From NCBI RefSeq assembly GCF_022379125.1, contig NC_061519.1, forward strand, positions 23,919,101-23,983,100: DNA of 64,000 nucleotides. The letters are read 5' to 3'. Source of the stretch: Scophthalmus maximus. Lineage: Eukaryota. Positions 60,495 to 64,000 of the stretch are shown here, one piece after another. The notes beneath the pieces are model-generated. The model had not been told where the DNA came from. It saw only the letters and a program-made list of their open reading frames with translations, and ran no database searches. Within the stretch, counting starts at the first letter, position 1, and each line of letters starts with the position of its first letter. A program made the position numbers and the translations under genes.

Positions 60495-60557
60495 TTTCCG
60501 TGGGTCGAGGTGGAATCACAGGAGTTTCAGACGGATTCTCTTTGTTTCCTTTGTCCT
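60495..60557 (-). CDS. Candidate exon DKGNKENPSETPVIPPRPTEK (PxxP-containing)
   Basis: Acceptor gtgtcag|GAC, donor AAG|gtacag. Confidence 0.45.
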
Positions 60558-61401
60558 GACACAGACGGAAAAAAAGGTTTAAGTCATTTAATATAATTTA
60601 ATTGTTTGGACAATAATCCACATAGTGTAGTAAACATAAGCAGATTCTTAATTAAAATTAGTACAAAGGCCACATATTTAATATGTATATTGATGTTTTA
60701 ATATGAGATGTAAAGCAAATGCATGACCAACTGATTTAGTTTGTCCCTAAATAAATAAATGTCTGGTTGGCTTTAAAATGATATTCTAGATATTCTAGAT
60801 ATTCTCTATTCTGTGATTCACATAATAAAAATTAACAGCAATCTGAAAAAAGCAGTTAATACCTCATTGATTGTGGCTGCTGCTCTTTTCACTCTGTACT
60901 GTGTCTGAGTCCGTTCCTGGAAAGAAAAAAAGAAAAGTTAATAAAAACGCTATCATTCAAACTCGCTAATTCTCCTCATTTTCTCTCAGATCGTTTCAAT
61001 GTCAGTGCTCCACACAGAAATGTTCTAACCCAGAACCTTCTTGCTGTGCTGTGACAGTGCAAACCACTGTGATGCTCCTGATTCAATATTCAATATCTTT
61101 ACAAAAAGGTGTGCGAGTGCAAAAAAAGAGACTTCAGATCTTCTCCACTACAAAAAAATCGACTTAAATGTTCCCAGATGTTTAGGGCACGTCGGCCAAC
61201 CACATCTGCTCCGCGGGGGAGGAACTCTGAGACGCACGGGGGAAAGAACATGGACGAAAAGCCATTTCAGGAAATTACATTTGAAAACCTACAGGCTATG
61301 AAAAGAGCACGAGTGTCTTCAAGGTTGACTGCCACTGTATCGTTTGACTTTGTGTACACAAAAAACCACCGGAGATAAAAAAGACTGTTGGTGTCGGACT
61401 C

Positions 61402-61461
61402 ACGGCGTCTGAAGGTCGCGGCGGCACCAGAGGAGTCGGCTTCTCCGGGTCACTTGTCTTA
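61402..61461 (-). CDS. Candidate exon IKTSDPEKPTPLVPPRPSDA (PxxP-containing)
   Basis: Acceptor tctccccag|ATT, donor GCC|gtgagt; 20 open codons. Confidence 0.45.
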
Positions 61462-61607
61462 ATCTGGGGAGATCATTTCAGAACTCATTATGTACATAAG
61501 CCTCGCAGCGACCTCATGAAGTCATGTAAAGTCTTTTTTTAAACTTAAGCAAACATGCAAGACACGTGATTGACAAATGAAAGTTAGGTTTGGGTTCATT
61601 CCAGTAC

Positions 61608-61634
61608 CCCGGCAGGCTTCGGAGCAGGTTTCGG
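61608..61634 (-). CDS. Candidate 27-nt micro-exon PKPAPKPAG
   Basis: Acceptor ctacag|CCG, donor GGG|gtactg; phase 0. Confidence 0.4.
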
Positions 61635-61789
61635 CTGTAGACGGAGAAACAAACACAAAGTATCAGTAACGTATTATGTTGTGATATATATTAGTATATA
61701 TTATAAAGCATTGTGTTGTGTGCATATATTTTGGTGGGTTGTTTATTTACAGTGGAGCATTTTTTGTGCAACCAACAAAACGTTCTCAC

Positions 61790-61837
61790 CGGCTTTGGTT
61801 TCTTTTTGACTTCTGTCGTCATCATACACGCCTCCAT
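61790..61837 (-). CDS. Candidate first coding exon with start codon: MEACMMTTEVKKKPKP (ATG at 61837-61835; exon itself 61790-61842)
   Basis: Acceptor ttgtttccacag|GC at 61842, donor CCG|gtgaga at 61790; first in-frame ATG in a chain of phase-0 exons. Confidence 0.4.
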
Positions 61838-63089
61838 CCTGCCTGTGGAAACAACACAGAGATTATTTATTTTTTTAATGTATAAATATGACCAATGACA
61901 CAGACTGAAGCTTCATCCCTTTAATAGGAGATTTGATCAGTTGGCATCAGTTTCCTTTAAAAAATATCGATTTTGAGACATGTTTCAGATCAAACAACAA
62001 ATCATTGAATCATGAATACAGTTGTTGGTTGTAGTGCTGCAACTAATTATTATTCTCCGTATCGATTAATCCGCCATTTTGTGTTTTAGATTGTGATTGG
62101 TCTGTAAAACATCCGAACACTGAGCAACAACCCACAACTCCAAAACCTTCAATTGACCACAAAGTAAGACGAAGAAAAACTGCTAATTCTCACGTTTGAG
62201 CACCTGGAGAATTAAAATTTGGGCTTTTCTGCTTTCAAACTTCATAAAACAGTGAAAAATGTTTATATCTTTAACCTTGTGCACAGGGTGATGTCCCATT
62301 AGAGCCGCAACAGTTAATCGATTAGTAATCGCTTACTAAATTAATCTGCAACTATTTTGATAATCGATTAATCGGTTACAGTAGTTTTAATTCTGTGATT
62401 TCGTGTATATCATCAAATATAATAAAAGACAATAAGAGAAACAAAAAAAGCTCACATTTGAGAACCAGGAACCATCAAACATTTGATATTATTTGCTTAA
62501 AACGAGAGTCGTGAACCAAATATAATTTGTTCAAACAAATAATGACTTAATCAGAACGTATCGTCTTTAAAATCAATAAAACCGTTGCAGGCAACAATGC
62601 ACACAAAAAAATCACTGGAGTATCAGCAGAAGAACAGACATGACATTAATATGCTTCATTTAAATAATCTTAACATGTTCTGCTTGTAGATGATTTATCT
62701 GTTAAAAGAAACTGTTACCAGCCCAGCAATGGAAAGTAATGGACAATAATGAAGCACAGATTGTCAAGAACAAGCAAATTAACAACTATCAAAGTGCGGC
62801 ACTTGAACACAGCATAAGTATTTTTGAATTTTTAAAAACTCTTTTTCGATTCCACCTTTTCACATCCAACAACAAGTCATCAAGTGAAAGTCTAGAGCAC
62901 TAGATACAGAAGTGCAGCTCACAGTTTGACACGTTTGGAGAAGTAACACAACAAAACACTTCTTTTTTCTCCTTAAAATTGAACTCGGCTGAAGTCAATG
63001 GCAGAAACTCAACCCTGCGCGTCAATGGACGGCGACTCGTCCGCGTCACTGCGGCGCGACACCGGGCGGCTTCACCTACCGGAGGTTCG

Positions 63090-63200
63090 AAGACGCTTCA
63101 CGGACAATTCACTTTTAACTCAGGGTTTTTGTTTCTTCAGCGAATTGTGTGGAAGCTTCGTGGAGTTGGCGGCGGCTCCTTCACCGACAACACATCCCCG
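63090..63200 (-). other. Candidate non-coding 5' exon / TSS region for the array gene
   Basis: Minus-strand donor CTCCG|gtaggtg at 63090; all three frames closed; local CpG enrichment 63000-63200. Confidence 0.3.
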
Positions 63201-64000
63201 GGAGTTCAAAAAAAACAAAACACTGAGCCACACCCACAACATCTGCACACCCGATGCGTTCAAGAGCTCCCCAAAAACCTCGGGAAACCCAGCTCTGAAG
63301 TGCCTCCGTGTTGTTTTTGTTTCATGTGCAGTTAAAGTTGTGTTGGATTATTTATTTTTTTTTATCCCAGTGATATGAAAGTTTGACCTCCACTTGCAAA
63401 TGTACAATTTTAAAAAAAAATGTGTTTCATCAATAAATAAAATATAACAATAAACAAAAAATATATGTATTTCACCATAATTACTTACTTAGGTACAGTT
63501 TTTTTACCATAAATATTTTTTCTGGTTTTAGAAAATTATTATCAATTTGTTAGCAAATGAAAAACAAAACAAAATACATCAGAATCAATAAATGTGACCA
63601 ATATCTTTGGAGATATGTAAAACTACAGAGATGAAGCTTTTGCAATTTCAAAGACAACATTCAATACAACGAAAAATTACCAAAAAAAACTGCACAAAAA
63701 TATCAATTGACGTGTAACAGAAGCGTGCAACATTGTTTAGTAAGACATCATAAAATGCTAAACAATAAAATGCACATCACCGTCAGCAGCAGTTGTTCAC
63801 CCAGCTTCCGCCCTCTTCACCTCTACTGTACATCCCATGTTCTGTACTGTACGCTCCTGTCTGTCTCATTGACCCAGGTTTCCTAAGTGTATTTACCTCC
63901 ACGTTTAGTGGTTAAATATTTAGTAACCGAAATATTTCCGACAATTCCCTCAGGCAACATCAATGACAAGTCAAGCAAAAGCCCCTTGAACAAACCAAAT

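Overview
This window is eukaryotic nuclear DNA, most likely teleost fish: introns follow GT-AG rules, (CA)n/(GT)n microsatellites and long poly-G/poly-C runs are dense, and CpG-rich promoters are present. There is no prokaryotic-style content (no CRISPR, operons or rRNA/tRNA genes).

Three protein-coding loci can be reconstructed by hand:

- **hnRNP C (hnrnpc-like), + strand, about 21.3-30.4 kb.** Seven coding exons give an N-terminal RRM, the [20 protein letters not shown] motif, a coiled-coil/bZIP-like segment and a poly-Glu acidic tail. The 3' UTR carries a (CA)n microsatellite.
- **A DOMON-domain glycoprotein gene, - strand, about 32.4-36.2 kb.** It has a signal-peptide exon, a DOMON exon pair and a Thr/Pro/N-glycan-rich mucin-like stalk. 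The 3' exons were not found.
- **An apolipoprotein-L-domain gene with a tandem exon array, - strand, about 41.0-63.2 kb.** This is the most unusual region. An apolipoprotein-L (ApoL) domain gene has its last two exons at 41.0-43.8 kb and ends in a roughly 430-aa charged low-complexity tail. Directly upstream on the same strand is a roughly 16-kb array of at least 16 tandem exon pairs, all phase 0 and 54-72 nt long.
  - A-type exons encode a basic/hydrophobic EKGG-[LIV]-FSG-[ML]-FKK-[ST]-PK motif.
  - B-type exons encode an acidic Ser-rich ELSAS-x-DSLSE motif.
  - The array is preceded by short Pro-rich PxxP exons and an ATG-containing exon at 61.8 kb.
  - It runs through degenerate repeat exons straight into the ApoL exons with compatible phases. 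One join needs a canonical AAAG|GCAAGT GC-AG donor.
  - This looks like one very large repeat-expanded ApoL-family gene, but a single transcript is not proven.

The rest of the window is intergenic or intronic. It contains many microsatellites, a roughly 600-bp complex (TATC)n satellite, GGT/ACC minisatellites, a two-copy roughly 350-bp interspersed repeat, a near-perfect 21-bp hairpin and several CpG-rich islands with no recognisable coding content.
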